From Candidatus Nomurabacteria bacterium (GTDB lineage: Bacteria > Patescibacteriota > Minisyncoccia > Phycocordibacterales > UBA918): a stretch of DNA of 64,000 nt. Under the pieces are notes generated by a model that saw nothing but the letters and a program-made list of their open reading frames with translations, was not told the DNA's origin and searched no databases. The DNA lies in assembly GCA_020632155.1 (NCBI GenBank), contig JACKGE010000001.1:28011-92010 (forward strand), written 5' to 3'. Position 1 is the stretch's first letter, and the number at the start of each line of letters is the position of its first letter. The translations under genes were made by a program, and so were the position numbers. Of the stretch, positions 38,124-47,642 are shown piece by piece.

Positions 38124-38489
38124 TTATGATTTGATCAATTCTTCAACTTTAGCCACCACGTCACTCGGTATTGATTCTGCTTTTACAATATATCCAGCAG
38201 CACCAGCTTCTTTGGCTGCAGCTCTATCACTTTCTTCACCTTGATTAGACAGAACAATGAACTTTGTTTCGATATCAGGATAGGTCTCTTTTACGCTACG
38301 AAGAAAATCAATGCCCGTCATTACCGGCATAACCATATCAAGCAAAACTACATCAAACTTTTGTTCAGAGAGTTTAGTCAAGGCTTCTTGACCATTAACA
38401 ACTGCTTCAACCGTGTGACCAAGTTCTGAAAATTTGGTCGCGTACATATCGCGCAAGAACAAATCATCATCAACAAGCAAAAGGTGCAT
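38124..38489 (-). CDS. CheY-like response-regulator receiver (PilH-like)
   Basis: 121 aa. DD...D phospho-acceptor pattern: LLVDDD...VVLLDMVMP. Confidence 0.8.
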   Translation of the reverse strand: MHLLLVDDDLFLRDMYATKFSELGHTVEAVVNGQEALTKLSEQKFDVVLLDMVMPVMTGIDFLRSVKETYPDIETKFIVLSNQGEESDRAAAKEAGAAGYIVKAESIPSDVVAKVEELIKS

Positions 38490-38492
38490 TGA

Positions 38493-40310
38493 CTACATTA
38501 TACTTGCATCATCTGTGATAGATGGGGGGTTATCGACAGCTGGCTGTGAGGACTTCATAGTTACATCGGTCACTTGCTCATCTAGTTGGGTACCGAATGT
38601 ACTGACCTCCTCATACGGAATAGTGCCCTCAAGCGCTTTTATGATTGCATCCTCTTTCATGGTAGTAAACCCTCGAGACCGTGCTTCTTGATACATCTCT
38701 TCCTCTGAAGCACCCTTCAAGATCATATCTTGTATTTGTTTATCTATTTCAAGCGCCTCCATGATAGCCACGCGACCTTTTGTGCCTGAGGCGCAGCCAG
38801 GTGAGGGTTCTGGGTGATAGACCGTTTTCATTTCAGGTATCATTCCCCGATACTTTTCTGGTAAGGTTTTAAATTCATTGTCAATGAGCATTTTTATACT
38901 GCCTTCTACTGGCTCTGACTTGCCAGTACCGGGACACAAACGACGTGCTAGGCGTTGTGCGATTGCTAATTTTAATGTTGGTGCAATAAGGTACGGATCA
39001 ACACCCATATCGATAAGGCGGGGCACCACGCCAATAGCGTTATTAGTGTGAATGGTCGAGAGCACTAAGTGGCCAGTAAGTGCAGCTTGGATAGCGAGTT
39101 GCGCTGTTTCTTTATCACGAATCTCACCAACCATGATAACGTCAGGATCTTGACGTAGTGCACTGCGCAAACCACTAGCAAAGGTATATCCGATCTCAGG
39201 TTTCACTTGTGACTGGCTAACGCCATCGATGTTGTACTCAATCGGATCTTCGAGTGAGAGGACGTTTTTAGTGGCACGATCAACCTCCGACAACATGGCA
39301 TACAGCGTAGTTGACTTACCAGAACCAGTCGGACCGGAGATAAGTATTATCCCGTAGGGCTCCTTGATTATTCGTCTAATGATCTTGAGGTGATGTTCAG
39401 AGATACCTGTTGATTCGAGTGTACTGATTCCACGTTCATTATCTAAAATACGCATCACGACCTTCTCGCCATGGTTTGTAGGCAAGACCGAGACACGAAA
39501 ATCGATCTTGCGGCCATCAAATGTGGCTGAGAATCGCCCGTCCTGCGGTTTTCGCTTTTCATCAAGACGCATCGACGAGAGAATCTTTATACGAGCCACC
39601 ACCGCAGGCTGAACATTCGCTGGAAGTTCGAGGCTAGTGGTGAGAAGACCATCTACTCGAAATCTGACTTTTACCTTATTATATGTAGGTTCAATATGGA
39701 TGTCTGAGGCATTACCATCGACTGCATACCGTAATATGGTAGCTACTACCTTAGTGACCGGAGCATCCTCTTTTATGTGTTCCTGACTTAGAGATTCATC
39801 TTCCTCTGCGGCACCTCGTTTACGCTCAGCGATCTCTTTATCAAGTTCATCTTCAAGGGTGGACAGGGCTTGGTCAACTTCACCAGACAGCGAATCATAT
39901 GCCTTGAGCAGTTTCTGAAGGTCAGATTCAAGGACAAAATAAAATTTATAGGCAACACCGTGTTTGGTACTAATAAAACTGAGTGCTTCACGGAGTTGAA
40001 TATTATCGGGATCATTGACCCCGAGCGCGAGGACATCTTCCTCCATTTTGAGCGGCACAACTTCATAGTTCTTGGCGGCCTCGACAGGAATATATTTAAG
40101 AACTTCGCTATCTATCTTATTATCGTCCGTCGGTATAAATGTCGGTATTCCATAGTAGTCAGCAAGCGCAGTGCGGGCAGTATCAGTAGGAATACCTGCT
40201 GAAAGTAGGGCAGCTTCAGTGGATAACCCCTCAGTTACACGAGCTTCGATCTGCTGTCGTATCTCCGTGGTGAGTATTCCGTCTTGTTGTAATCTATCCA
40301 ATATCTCCAT
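38493..40310 (-). CDS. pilB: type IV pilus assembly ATPase PilB (GspE family)
   Basis: 605 aa. N-terminal T2SE_N domain, Walker A GPTGSGKST, and a tetracysteine-like region. Confidence 0.9.
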   Translation of the reverse strand: MEILDRLQQDGILTTEIRQQIEARVTEGLSTEAALLSAGIPTDTARTALADYYGIPTFIPTDDNKIDSEVLKYIPVEAAKNYEVVPLKMEEDVLALGVNDPDNIQLREALSFISTKHGVAYKFYFVLESDLQKLLKAYDSLSGEVDQALSTLEDELDKEIAERKRGAAEEDESLSQEHIKEDAPVTKVVATILRYAVDGNASDIHIEPTYNKVKVRFRVDGLLTTSLELPANVQPAVVARIKILSSMRLDEKRKPQDGRFSATFDGRKIDFRVSVLPTNHGEKVVMRILDNERGISTLESTGISEHHLKIIRRIIKEPYGIILISGPTGSGKSTTLYAMLSEVDRATKNVLSLEDPIEYNIDGVSQSQVKPEIGYTFASGLRSALRQDPDVIMVGEIRDKETAQLAIQAALTGHLVLSTIHTNNAIGVVPRLIDMGVDPYLIAPTLKLAIAQRLARRLCPGTGKSEPVEGSIKMLIDNEFKTLPEKYRGMIPEMKTVYHPEPSPGCASGTKGRVAIMEALEIDKQIQDMILKGASEEEMYQEARSRGFTTMKEDAIIKALEGTIPYEEVSTFGTQLDEQVTDVTMKSSQPAVDNPPSITDDASIM

Positions 40311-40324
40311 ACATGAATCAAGGT

Positions 40325-40636
40325 CTAGCGATCAGATGACCCACTCGTTGATTCAAAAGGATGATCTCGGCCAACAGCAGCCGGTACGACTTGGCGTGAA
40401 AATGATTGCAGGCCTTGGAAACGTGTATCACTCAATATGCTGGTGTTAATCTCAATCTTCTGCAACTCAGTAAGGCGAATCAAAAAACTACGCGCCTCTA
40501 CTTCTGCCTGCGAGACATCTGTACCAGAAGTTGCCGAGGAAAGACCGCTGCTACGTTCCACCACAAAAAGGTAGTAGCCCACCGCAGCCACTGCAATGAG
40601 TCCGAGTACGATAATGATGTTTTTAATAAAAGTCAT
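40325..40636 (-). CDS. small membrane protein in the pilus operon (PilP-like?)
   Basis: 103 aa. A single N-terminal TM helix. Confidence 0.4.
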   Translation of the reverse strand: MTFIKNIIIVLGLIAVAAVGYYLFVVERSSGLSSATSGTDVSQAEVEARSFLIRLTELQKIEINTSILSDTRFQGLQSFSRQVVPAAVGRDHPFESTSGSSDR

Positions 40637-40639
40637 AAG

Positions 40640-41308
40640 CTATTGTGTTTGATCTGTAGTCTCTGTTAACGCAAAAGCGCGCAGGGTAAGTTCGTATGAA
40701 GTAAGGTCAGAATCTTCTTCGCTGACAAACGACATAGAAATAATACGAAGCGGATAAGTATTTGACTCGATATTCATCAGCAACTGTTTAAACTCATCAT
40801 ATGAGCCAAGAGCAGTAAGTGTGAACGTGCGGGAGACCAAATCCTGAAGTGCTTCCGTTTTGAGATTGCTACCAGACAACACAGCTGCAGTGCCTGTTTC
40901 AGGATCAATCATTGAGTCGTAATCAACAAGACCAAAATCGTTGGCACCTCCTGCAGTACCTACTATTGTGCTCACTGAGGTGTCAGCATCATCAGCGCTA
41001 ATGTCTTCGAGAGACATACCGCTTTCAACAACCATGGCCTCTATATCCCGAGAGATCATGAGTACATTTACACGGTTTGGCATGTACGTTTGCAATGCTG
41101 CCTTATCTGCAGCTGAAAGATTGTCGATACGTGATTTCAGATTGGAGACAGTACTGTTGTATTGGGTAGCCTTATCGATGGCATCAGAGTATGTGGCAAT
41201 CTGCTGCTGCATGTCTTGCACTAAAGCTAAGCGAGGCTTCACGACCAAAAATACCAACGCAATCGCTATAAAAGTTAAGATGACTTGTGTAATCGCTTGC
41301 ATTCTCAT
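40640..41308 (-). CDS. pilO: pilus assembly protein PilO-like
   Basis: 222 aa. N-terminal TM helix then a coiled coil. Position in the operon. Confidence 0.45.
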   Translation of the reverse strand: MRMQAITQVILTFIAIALVFLVVKPRLALVQDMQQQIATYSDAIDKATQYNSTVSNLKSRIDNLSAADKAALQTYMPNRVNVLMISRDIEAMVVESGMSLEDISADDADTSVSTIVGTAGGANDFGLVDYDSMIDPETGTAAVLSGSNLKTEALQDLVSRTFTLTALGSYDEFKQLLMNIESNTYPLRIISMSFVSEEDSDLTSYELTLRAFALTETTDQTQ

Positions 41309-41309
41309 A

Positions 41310-42050
41310 TTACTCTTCCTGTTGGTTAGTGGGCTCTTCTACAGCATTTTCACTGGTCTCGGCCGCCGCATCAATAGTATCGTCATTCTGCGCTGGACGT
41401 GCCTCTGAGGCTACCTGATTTGTAAGCGCTGCAGTCTCAGCGAGTCCTTCATATGGCAATGTAGATACTGGTAAGGTACCCGAAAGCACAAAACTAATCC
41501 CCAGAGTATCGGATGATTCACCTTCTTCCTGTTTCGTCTCTACACTGTAATCATACTGTGTAAGTTTAGAACTTCTGAGTATTTCGCTACGCGGTAAAAC
41601 ACTGGTCTGGTATTCAATATCATTGAAACTCTTAGCACGCCCCTCAACCTCATAGGTGAAGGTATCGTTATCGTTGTACTCATACGCAAACGTGGTAAAT
41701 GTGACTCGATCGGAGGTGATATTTTCAAGTTCCGCAAAGAGTCTTGAGGGAGCAACTGTCTTTTTCCATAGGTCACTTACCACAAGTAAGCGTTTTTCTG
41801 TATTGCGAATCTTATTCAGATCATCTTGTGCAAATTGACTCCGCTGCACATCAAGTTCAGCAATTGAAGCATCAAGTTTTTTCTTTACCAACGACGAATA
41901 GCCATATACCACCACCACCGCAATCAAAGCAGCAAAAAAGAGTACGTATATTATGTAGCTGACTACATAAATACGCCGAGTAACCCTTTTGGTTCCCAAA
42001 CCTTTACTTGGACCCTTCGGAATGAACGAGGCATTGTTAGTCGGTGCCAT
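41310..42050 (-). CDS. pilN: pilus assembly protein PilN-like
   Basis: 246 aa. Short cytoplasmic N-terminus, a TM helix, then a periplasmic domain. Downstream of pilM. Confidence 0.5.
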   Translation of the reverse strand: MAPTNNASFIPKGPSKGLGTKRVTRRIYVVSYIIYVLFFAALIAVVVVYGYSSLVKKKLDASIAELDVQRSQFAQDDLNKIRNTEKRLLVVSDLWKKTVAPSRLFAELENITSDRVTFTTFAYEYNDNDTFTYEVEGRAKSFNDIEYQTSVLPRSEILRSSKLTQYDYSVETKQEEGESSDTLGISFVLSGTLPVSTLPYEGLAETAALTNQVASEARPAQNDDTIDAAAETSENAVEEPTNQQEE

Positions 42051-42106
42051 TACCTTACATTATAGATTGTAATATGCTTCACGCGTACAAAAATCTGTGG
42101 ACAGTT

Positions 42107-43183
42107 TTACATAAACAAACGCTGCGCTGCGCCAAGGGCAACGCTGAACGAGGGGCCAATCTGTTTCAACTCATCTTCCATGAAAGCGGGATATCCAACG
42201 TGCGCAAAGGGGTCAGCGGTAACCACTAATCGCTGCATCACGGTCTCAGTCAACTTATTGATGCCAAGTGTCGCCGCCCCGCCGCCTGTGAGAACTATCT
42301 TCTGAATTGGAATTTGCGTGGTTGCCTCATAGCGACTGATAACTCTGGCGAATTCTCGTAGCGGAGATTCAAATACTGCGGAAACTGTATTATGTATATC
42401 TCGTAATCGTTCCTGATCACTGCCAGAACTACGTTTAAATTCCTCAGCTTGAGTCCAGCTTAAACTCAATAACTGAGCCAATTTGTTGGTCACCGCAGCG
42501 CCGCCAACTGGTACACGATGTACGCGTTCAACATAGCCGTTACAGGTTAGATAGAGTTTAGTTGTCTTAGCTCCAATATCGAGAATAGCAGTATACCCAG
42601 AAGACTCTGACACCAGTGATCGCACGGTGCTGAAGACCTCTATCTCAGACGGCTGAGCTGTCATACCAATCGAATTGAGTAGCAGATTATATTCCCCCAA
42701 GGCTTTATTCTCTATAGCAGCTAACAATACTTCTTGTGATGAACTTTCTATTTCGCCAACTTTAGATAAAGTTGTCCAATTGAGAGTCACCTCTGAGAGC
42801 GGTAGCGGGATGAATTTTTTTGCTTCAACATTTATCTTGGCTTCGAGCTCTTCATCACTTGCCGCAACAACCGGCACTACTGTCATGAAACTTGATGCTA
42901 AGGGCATGGCAAATACTCCGTCTTTTGCCTCAGCTTTAGACTCACGAAGTACATCCACCACTGCTTCAGTTTGTGCTTTTTGGTCCAGTCTGACTGTCTC
43001 ACCAAGCTCAGCTCCAGCATACGGGCCAAGTTGTAATTCGCCATACGTGCGGAGCATAAGTGCCCGTTCAGTATGTTCAAGCTCTACTACTTTTACGGAT
43101 GAGCTGCCAATATCGATACCAACCGCTCGAGTAACTGGGGCGGCGCGTTTAGATGTAAAAAAAGTGCTCAATGAAAAGGCCAT
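42107..43183 (-). CDS. pilM: type IV pilus assembly protein PilM (actin-like ATPase)
   Basis: 358 aa. VGIDIGSSSVKVVEL phosphate-1 motif. Confidence 0.8.
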   Translation of the reverse strand: MAFSLSTFFTSKRAAPVTRAVGIDIGSSSVKVVELEHTERALMLRTYGELQLGPYAGAELGETVRLDQKAQTEAVVDVLRESKAEAKDGVFAMPLASSFMTVVPVVAASDEELEAKINVEAKKFIPLPLSEVTLNWTTLSKVGEIESSSQEVLLAAIENKALGEYNLLLNSIGMTAQPSEIEVFSTVRSLVSESSGYTAILDIGAKTTKLYLTCNGYVERVHRVPVGGAAVTNKLAQLLSLSWTQAEEFKRSSGSDQERLRDIHNTVSAVFESPLREFARVISRYEATTQIPIQKIVLTGGGAATLGINKLTETVMQRLVVTADPFAHVGYPAFMEDELKQIGPSFSVALGAAQRLFM

Positions 43184-43232
43184 ACGTACAGTGACTATCT
43201 GCCAGATTGTACCATGTTAAAATTCAATAGAC

Positions 43233-43829
43233 ATGAGGTTCGTGAGTACATTCTTGGAAGCTCTTTTCCCAACACGACCAGACTATAGACGAGTGCAGAG
43301 TCTTACTGTAAGCGACATACACTCACGCTACGCCCCGATACAGATCCATGGACACCTAGCACTCAGTTCCTTTGCTGATCCAGATATACGAGCCTGCGTG
43401 CACGAGTGCAAGTACCATGAGAACGCAAACGCCACTGCCCTGTTAGCGGGATTGCTACGAACATGGCTTAAGAACCAAACGCACTCATATGTAGTGGTGC
43501 CCGTACCGCTTTCGCGCCAACGGCAACGCAAGCGCGGCTACAATCAGGTAACGAAAGTGGCCAAAGTGGCGGGGATGTCCCTAGATGAGCGCGTGCTACT
43601 GCGCACCAAAGACACAACGCCACAAACACAGCTTGATAAAGCAGCCAGACGCACCAATGTACGTGATATTTTTGCTATACATCCACTTGCCAACCCAAAT
43701 CGCTACCGAGAGACTCACCTACTCCTCCTCGACGATGTCACCACTACCGGAACGACTCTTAGTGAAGCAGCAAAAACTTTGCGGGCTTTAAAACCGGCCT
43801 CACTAACCACCATCGCGCTTGCGCACTAA
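43233..43829 (+). CDS. comFC: ComF-family phosphoribosyltransferase (competence protein ComFC-like)
   Basis: 198 aa. C-terminal PRTase motif LLLLDDVTTTGTTL. Confidence 0.7.
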   Translation: MRFVSTFLEALFPTRPDYRRVQSLTVSDIHSRYAPIQIHGHLALSSFADPDIRACVHECKYHENANATALLAGLLRTWLKNQTHSYVVVPVPLSRQRQRKRGYNQVTKVAKVAGMSLDERVLLRTKDTTPQTQLDKAARRTNVRDIFAIHPLANPNRYRETHLLLLDDVTTTGTTLSEAAKTLRALKPASLTTIALAH

Positions 43830-43860
43830 CTAAGTGTGTGTGCTACCATTTATGTAGCCT

Positions 43861-44493
43861 ATGTTCGAAGACTATTTCATCCGTATACTGTTAGCCGCAC
43901 TGGTTGGCGGTATCATCGGTATTGAGCGTGAATATCACGACAAAACCGCCGGCTTTAGGACTATGATCCTTATCGCCACTGGATCATCTCTCTTTACTAT
44001 CATGTCGCTCGTGATCGGTACCTCCATCGATCCGGCGCGCGTTGCTGCGGCAGTTGTAAGCGGCGTTGGCTTTTTGGGTGCCGGGGCTGTAGTCAAAGAA
44101 GGTCTTAATATCCGCGGCCTTACCACTGCCGCTTCCATCTGGCTCGTGGCTTCACTTGGCATGGGCATGGGTGCCGGTCAGTTTGCTCTCACGGGAGCAG
44201 TGACCAGCTTCATATCAGTCATCATGTGGTTCCTGCCGTTCTTTGAACGGCGCATCGATAAGATGCACGAGTTCCTCGAGTTCACCATTGTTATCAAGAA
44301 CACCGACAAACAGGAAGACAAGCTTATGGAAGTCTTTGCCGAAGAAGGCATCAAGACCGTTAGCCTGCACCGCACTAAGATAAGTAATAGCGAGCGCGAA
44401 CTGCGCATTATGGCAAAAAACCGTCCCGACAAACACGACGCCCTTGGCAAACGCCTCGCCAGCTCAAAGTTGGTACTGCGATTCCGGACGTAA
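43861..44493 (+). CDS. mgtC: MgtC/SapB-family membrane protein
   Basis: 210 aa. LLAALVGGIIGIEREYHDKTAGFRT MgtC signature plus a C-terminal ACT-like domain. Confidence 0.75.
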   Translation: MFEDYFIRILLAALVGGIIGIEREYHDKTAGFRTMILIATGSSLFTIMSLVIGTSIDPARVAAAVVSGVGFLGAGAVVKEGLNIRGLTTAASIWLVASLGMGMGAGQFALTGAVTSFISVIMWFLPFFERRIDKMHEFLEFTIVIKNTDKQEDKLMEVFAEEGIKTVSLHRTKISNSERELRIMAKNRPDKHDALGKRLASSKLVLRFRT

Positions 44494-44602
44494 AGTGTGT
44501 TGGTGTACAACGGGTACAGGATTCGTCGTGTTTTTTCTAATTCGCTTTGTTCATAAGAACGCTGGACGCGGCTCCCCGGCCCAAGGGGACCCCGGGTCCG
44601 CC

Positions 44603-44621
44603 GTTCGAATCCCTGCGTCTC
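44603..44621. repeat. 19-nt inverted copy of the tRNA-Ser 3' end
   Basis: GTTCGAATCCCTGCGTCTC on the plus strand equals the 3' terminal 19 nt of the minus-strand tRNA-Ser (44671..44689), about 50 nt away across a terminator hairpin. Confidence 0.8.
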
Positions 44622-44636
44622 TCGCAACATGCAACA

Positions 44637-44662
44637 AAGCCAGAGCTTTCGCTCTGGCTTTG
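44637..44662. terminator. hairpin AAAGCCAGAGC-TTTC-GCTCTGGCTTT
   Basis: Perfect 11-bp stem with flanking A/T, immediately downstream of tRNA-Ser. Confidence 0.6.
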
Positions 44663-44669
44663 GCAGTTG

Positions 44670-44756
44670 CGGAGACGCAGGGATTCGAACCCTGGAGGGG
44701 TTTTATCCCCTACCTCGTTAGCAGTGAGGCGCTTTCGACCACTCAGCCACGTCTCC
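44670..44756 (-). tRNA. tRNA-Ser(GCT)
   Basis: 87 nt with a long variable arm. Acceptor GGAGACG/CGUCUCC, anticodon loop CUGCUAA, and T-arm CAGGG-UUCGAAU-CCCUG. Confidence 0.85.
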
Positions 44757-44973
44757 GTTTCTCTTTGACATGACTTCACTCCACCCCCTATTGCCTGCTT
44801 CGCAGCGGCAATCCGTTCTTACGAACGGTCGGATGAAGCATGAAGCAGTTCATGCTTCATAGCCACGTCTCCAAACAATATGAAATTGTGCACGGTAGAA
44901 TACCATATTCACTTTGATAGCAAAAGATAAAGCGCCGCGAACGCGGCGCTTCATGAAAATCTTGACCAGACGA

Positions 44974-45270
44974 CTAGTCAGCGACGGGCAGCGACTGATT
45001 TTTCAACGCCAGCCGGTGGAGGTCACCGAACGTGAAATTTTCATCGGCCCAGTCTGAGTCCTCGATTTCGCAGCCATAGTCCCACAGAATGGCCAAGCAG
45101 ACTTCATTGCTTGCCGTGCGGTCGGCGGAGAATATTGGCTGGATTTTGGTCAGCTCGTCGGCACGAAGTATCCTCCACTTCGAATCATTTTCGTTGACTC
45201 GTGCGGCAAGCGCACCCTTGAAATGCTCGAAATTGCTCCGGTCGAAATCGACATCTTTGCTTAATCTCAT
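44974..45270 (-). CDS. hypothetical acidic small protein
   Basis: 98 aa. Followed by the hairpin AAGCGCCGCG-AAC-GCGGCGCTT (44930..44951). Confidence 0.4.
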   Translation of the reverse strand: MRLSKDVDFDRSNFEHFKGALAARVNENDSKWRILRADELTKIQPIFSADRTASNEVCLAILWDYGCEIEDSDWADENFTFGDLHRLALKNQSLPVAD

Positions 45271-45363
45271 CGGTACGTCTCCTTGACTGAGAGCCTACTA
45301 TCGACACTTTTTGGTCGATTTCTGAAAGCAACCATATCAGAAACTACAGAAACTACAAGGCTA

Positions 45364-46617
45364 TTACTTAATCGCACTCGCCACCTTCTTTACCAATCCT
45401 GCAGTCATGATACTAGGGATGATCTCGCCGGCGGTTGGTTTTTTGACTAGTGCTGCTATTTTCTTAGCCGCTTCAAGTTTCATGTCGTCGGTGATATCGC
45501 GTACACCTTTATCGAGTGCTCCGCGGAAAATACCCGGGAAGGCCAATGAGTTGTTAACCTGATTTGGGTAATCGCTACGGCCCGTAGCCACAATGGCCGC
45601 ACCGGCGCGCTTGGCGTCTTCAGGCTTTATTTCCGGTATTGGGTTAGCGAGCGCAAACACCACCGCCTCTGGCGCCATCTTTTCGATATGGTGGCGTGAG
45701 ATAGTTCCCGGACCGGAGACTCCAATGAGCACATCAGCCCCATCAACTGCATCGAGCACCTCACCAGAGATTTTGTGTGGATTTGTGACCTGCGCCAGCG
45801 CCTTCTTGTGTGGTGTGAGCCCAGGGCGGCCGGCAACAATGATGCCCTTACTGTCAGTCACAATGATATTTTGCACACCAGCTTTCGTCAGCAACAACGC
45901 AATCGCCTGTCCGGCCGCCCCTGCGCCAACTATTACCACTTTCATCTTTTCCAATTTCTTTCCTACTACCTTGGCAGCATTAATAAGACCTGCCAACACT
46001 ACAATGGCGGTGCCGTGCTGGTCGTCATGCATGACTGGAATATCGAGCTCTGCCTTGAGGCGTTCTTCAATCTCAAAACACTTCGGCGCAGCGATGTCTT
46101 CAAGGTTGATGCCACCAAACCCTGGAGCAATGGCCTTCACTATTTTGATAATCTCTTCCGGCTCCTGTGTATCAAGCACCAGCGGGAAAGCGTCCACATT
46201 CGCCTGCTCTTTGAAGATTGCGCACTTCCCCTCCATGACCGGCAATGCGCCAAGCGCACCTAAGTTACCAAGGCCAAGTACCGCCGAACCATCACTTACG
46301 ACCGCCACGGTATTACGCTTTATAGTGTACTCACGCGCGTCTTTTGGTTTCTTGGCAAGATGTGAAGACACCGCCCCTACCCCTGGGGTATACATCGTGC
46401 TCCAGTCATCTCGCGTTTTGAGAGAGCCTTTGCTGACCACCTCAAGTTTGCCACGCATTTTTTTATGTAGCGCGAGCGCCATTTTGTCGTAATTTACCCG
46501 TGCACCTTTTTTTAAAGGTCGTGCTGGGTCTTTTTTTGCTTTGGCTTTGGCGCTAGGTTTTTTCTGGGGCATAGAGTGAATACAATAAATGACCTGCTTA
46601 GTATAAGCTAGTCTCAA
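45364..46617 (-). CDS. NAD(P)-dependent malic enzyme
   Basis: 417 aa. Malic-enzyme N-terminal domain and an NAD-binding GAGAAG Rossmann motif. A Lys-rich 40-aa N-terminal extension may be spurious; the alternative start is MALALHKK. Confidence 0.85.
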   Translation of the reverse strand: MRLAYTKQVIYCIHSMPQKKPSAKAKAKKDPARPLKKGARVNYDKMALALHKKMRGKLEVVSKGSLKTRDDWSTMYTPGVGAVSSHLAKKPKDAREYTIKRNTVAVVSDGSAVLGLGNLGALGALPVMEGKCAIFKEQANVDAFPLVLDTQEPEEIIKIVKAIAPGFGGINLEDIAAPKCFEIEERLKAELDIPVMHDDQHGTAIVVLAGLINAAKVVGKKLEKMKVVIVGAGAAGQAIALLLTKAGVQNIIVTDSKGIIVAGRPGLTPHKKALAQVTNPHKISGEVLDAVDGADVLIGVSGPGTISRHHIEKMAPEAVVFALANPIPEIKPEDAKRAGAAIVATGRSDYPNQVNNSLAFPGIFRGALDKGVRDITDDMKLEAAKKIAALVKKPTAGEIIPSIMTAGLVKKVASAIK

Positions 46618-46634
46618 TAAATTAGAAAATAAAA

Positions 46635-46658
46635 AGACGGGTTCCGAAGAACCCGTCT
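46635..46658 (-). terminator. rho-independent terminator AGACGGGTTC-CGAA-GAACCCGTCT
   Basis: Perfect 10-bp stem. A T-run follows on the minus strand directly after the 46683..47642 gene. Confidence 0.6.
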
Positions 46659-46682
46659 AGATGATGGCTTTTTTGTGAAGGC

Positions 46683-47642
46683 TTACTTCTGAGCCTTCCG
46701 ACCGCCAATATATTTGCTTTTGGCATCATATGCTGCGCGGTCGCGAGCGCGGCGCTCAGCGCGCTTCTTGTCGGCTTCGGCGCGCTTGATGGCGCTTTCC
46801 GCGCTTTTGCGCTTGGTGTCCAAAGACACCACGTTATCGTAGCCGGACATGAACATGACCGCCTTCGGATGCTGGCACGCCGTCAGGAGATCGTAAACTT
46901 CTCGGCGCGTACCTTCTGCCATCTCCTCGCCGATATGATCGGCGAGGAAATCCGTCAAGATGTCCCGAGCGGCTACATCACGCACCGCGGCCGTCAGCAG
47001 ACGACCAGCCGCACCGATGACGCCGTGAAGACGACCGATCGGCGGGAGTTCAGTCCCGTGCTTCTTAGCAGCCTCCACATCAGCACTATAACGCCGCACC
47101 ATGCCGTCGAGCAGACGCACCCGCTCCGTAGCCATCTGGCCCGAGGTGAGTGGGTCAGTCACCATAGCAGTCCCCTGCCTGACGATGCGGTAAACCGCTC
47201 CGTCGCGATCGAAGATCAGGCAGGCTTGGTGTTCCTTGCGGAACTCCAGCAGTGCGCGACCAGAAGGTCCGTCCTTCATAATCACGTCAGCATCGGTCTC
47301 GAAGGTGACCCAAGCACTCACGACGGCAGGGTCGATGCGCCGCCGCACGTGCTGCTTGGCCAAGTTGATATCAATCAGCACGATTAGTGCTGACGAATCA
47401 TCCGGCCGCGAGAAGACCGAGAAGGAGCGACCATGGGTCGGCCGGATCGTTTTCAGAGTTGCTTCGGTAAGCACTCCATCTTTGGTTGATGCCGGAGCGT
47501 GGTTGTCCAGCTGAACAAAGCCGGCGCCAATGCAGAGCCGGGGCGAAAGCGTACCGCCGCCTTGCTTGAGCAGGCCGGTCGCCAGTTGAATGCCGGCGGA
47601 GAAACCCGTCAGGGGCGAGTACGTAAGGCAGTTGGTCTGCAT
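46683..47642 (-). CDS. hypothetical protein, high-GC (foreign) gene with basic K/R/A-rich C-terminal tail
   Basis: 319 aa. Roughly 62% GC against a roughly 48% background. C-terminal KRKSAESAIKRAEADKKRAERRARDRAAYDAKSKYIGGRKAQK. No recognisable family. Confidence 0.45.
   Translation of the reverse strand: MQTNCLTYSPLTGFSAGIQLATGLLKQGGGTLSPRLCIGAGFVQLDNHAPASTKDGVLTEATLKTIRPTHGRSFSVFSRPDDSSALIVLIDINLAKQHVRRRIDPAVVSAWVTFETDADVIMKDGPSGRALLEFRKEHQACLIFDRDGAVYRIVRQGTAMVTDPLTSGQMATERVRLLDGMVRRYSADVEAAKKHGTELPPIGRLHGVIGAAGRLLTAAVRDVAARDILTDFLADHIGEEMAEGTRREVYDLLTACQHPKAVMFMSGYDNVVSLDTKRKSAESAIKRAEADKKRAERRARDRAAYDAKSKYIGGRKAQK

Noticed and set aside
44537-44779. 80-aa and 73-aa ORFs overlapping tRNA-Ser; 26963..27325 and other ORFs across the tRNA-Met/Asp cluster
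   Set aside because: They overlap well-supported tRNA genes and hairpins, so they are spurious.
45364-46617. Lys/Ala-rich 40-aa N-terminal extension of the malic enzyme as a functional domain
   Set aside because: Canonical malic-enzyme alignment begins at MALALHKK. The upstream segment is low complexity and may simply precede the true start. It is left as uncertain rather than called a feature.
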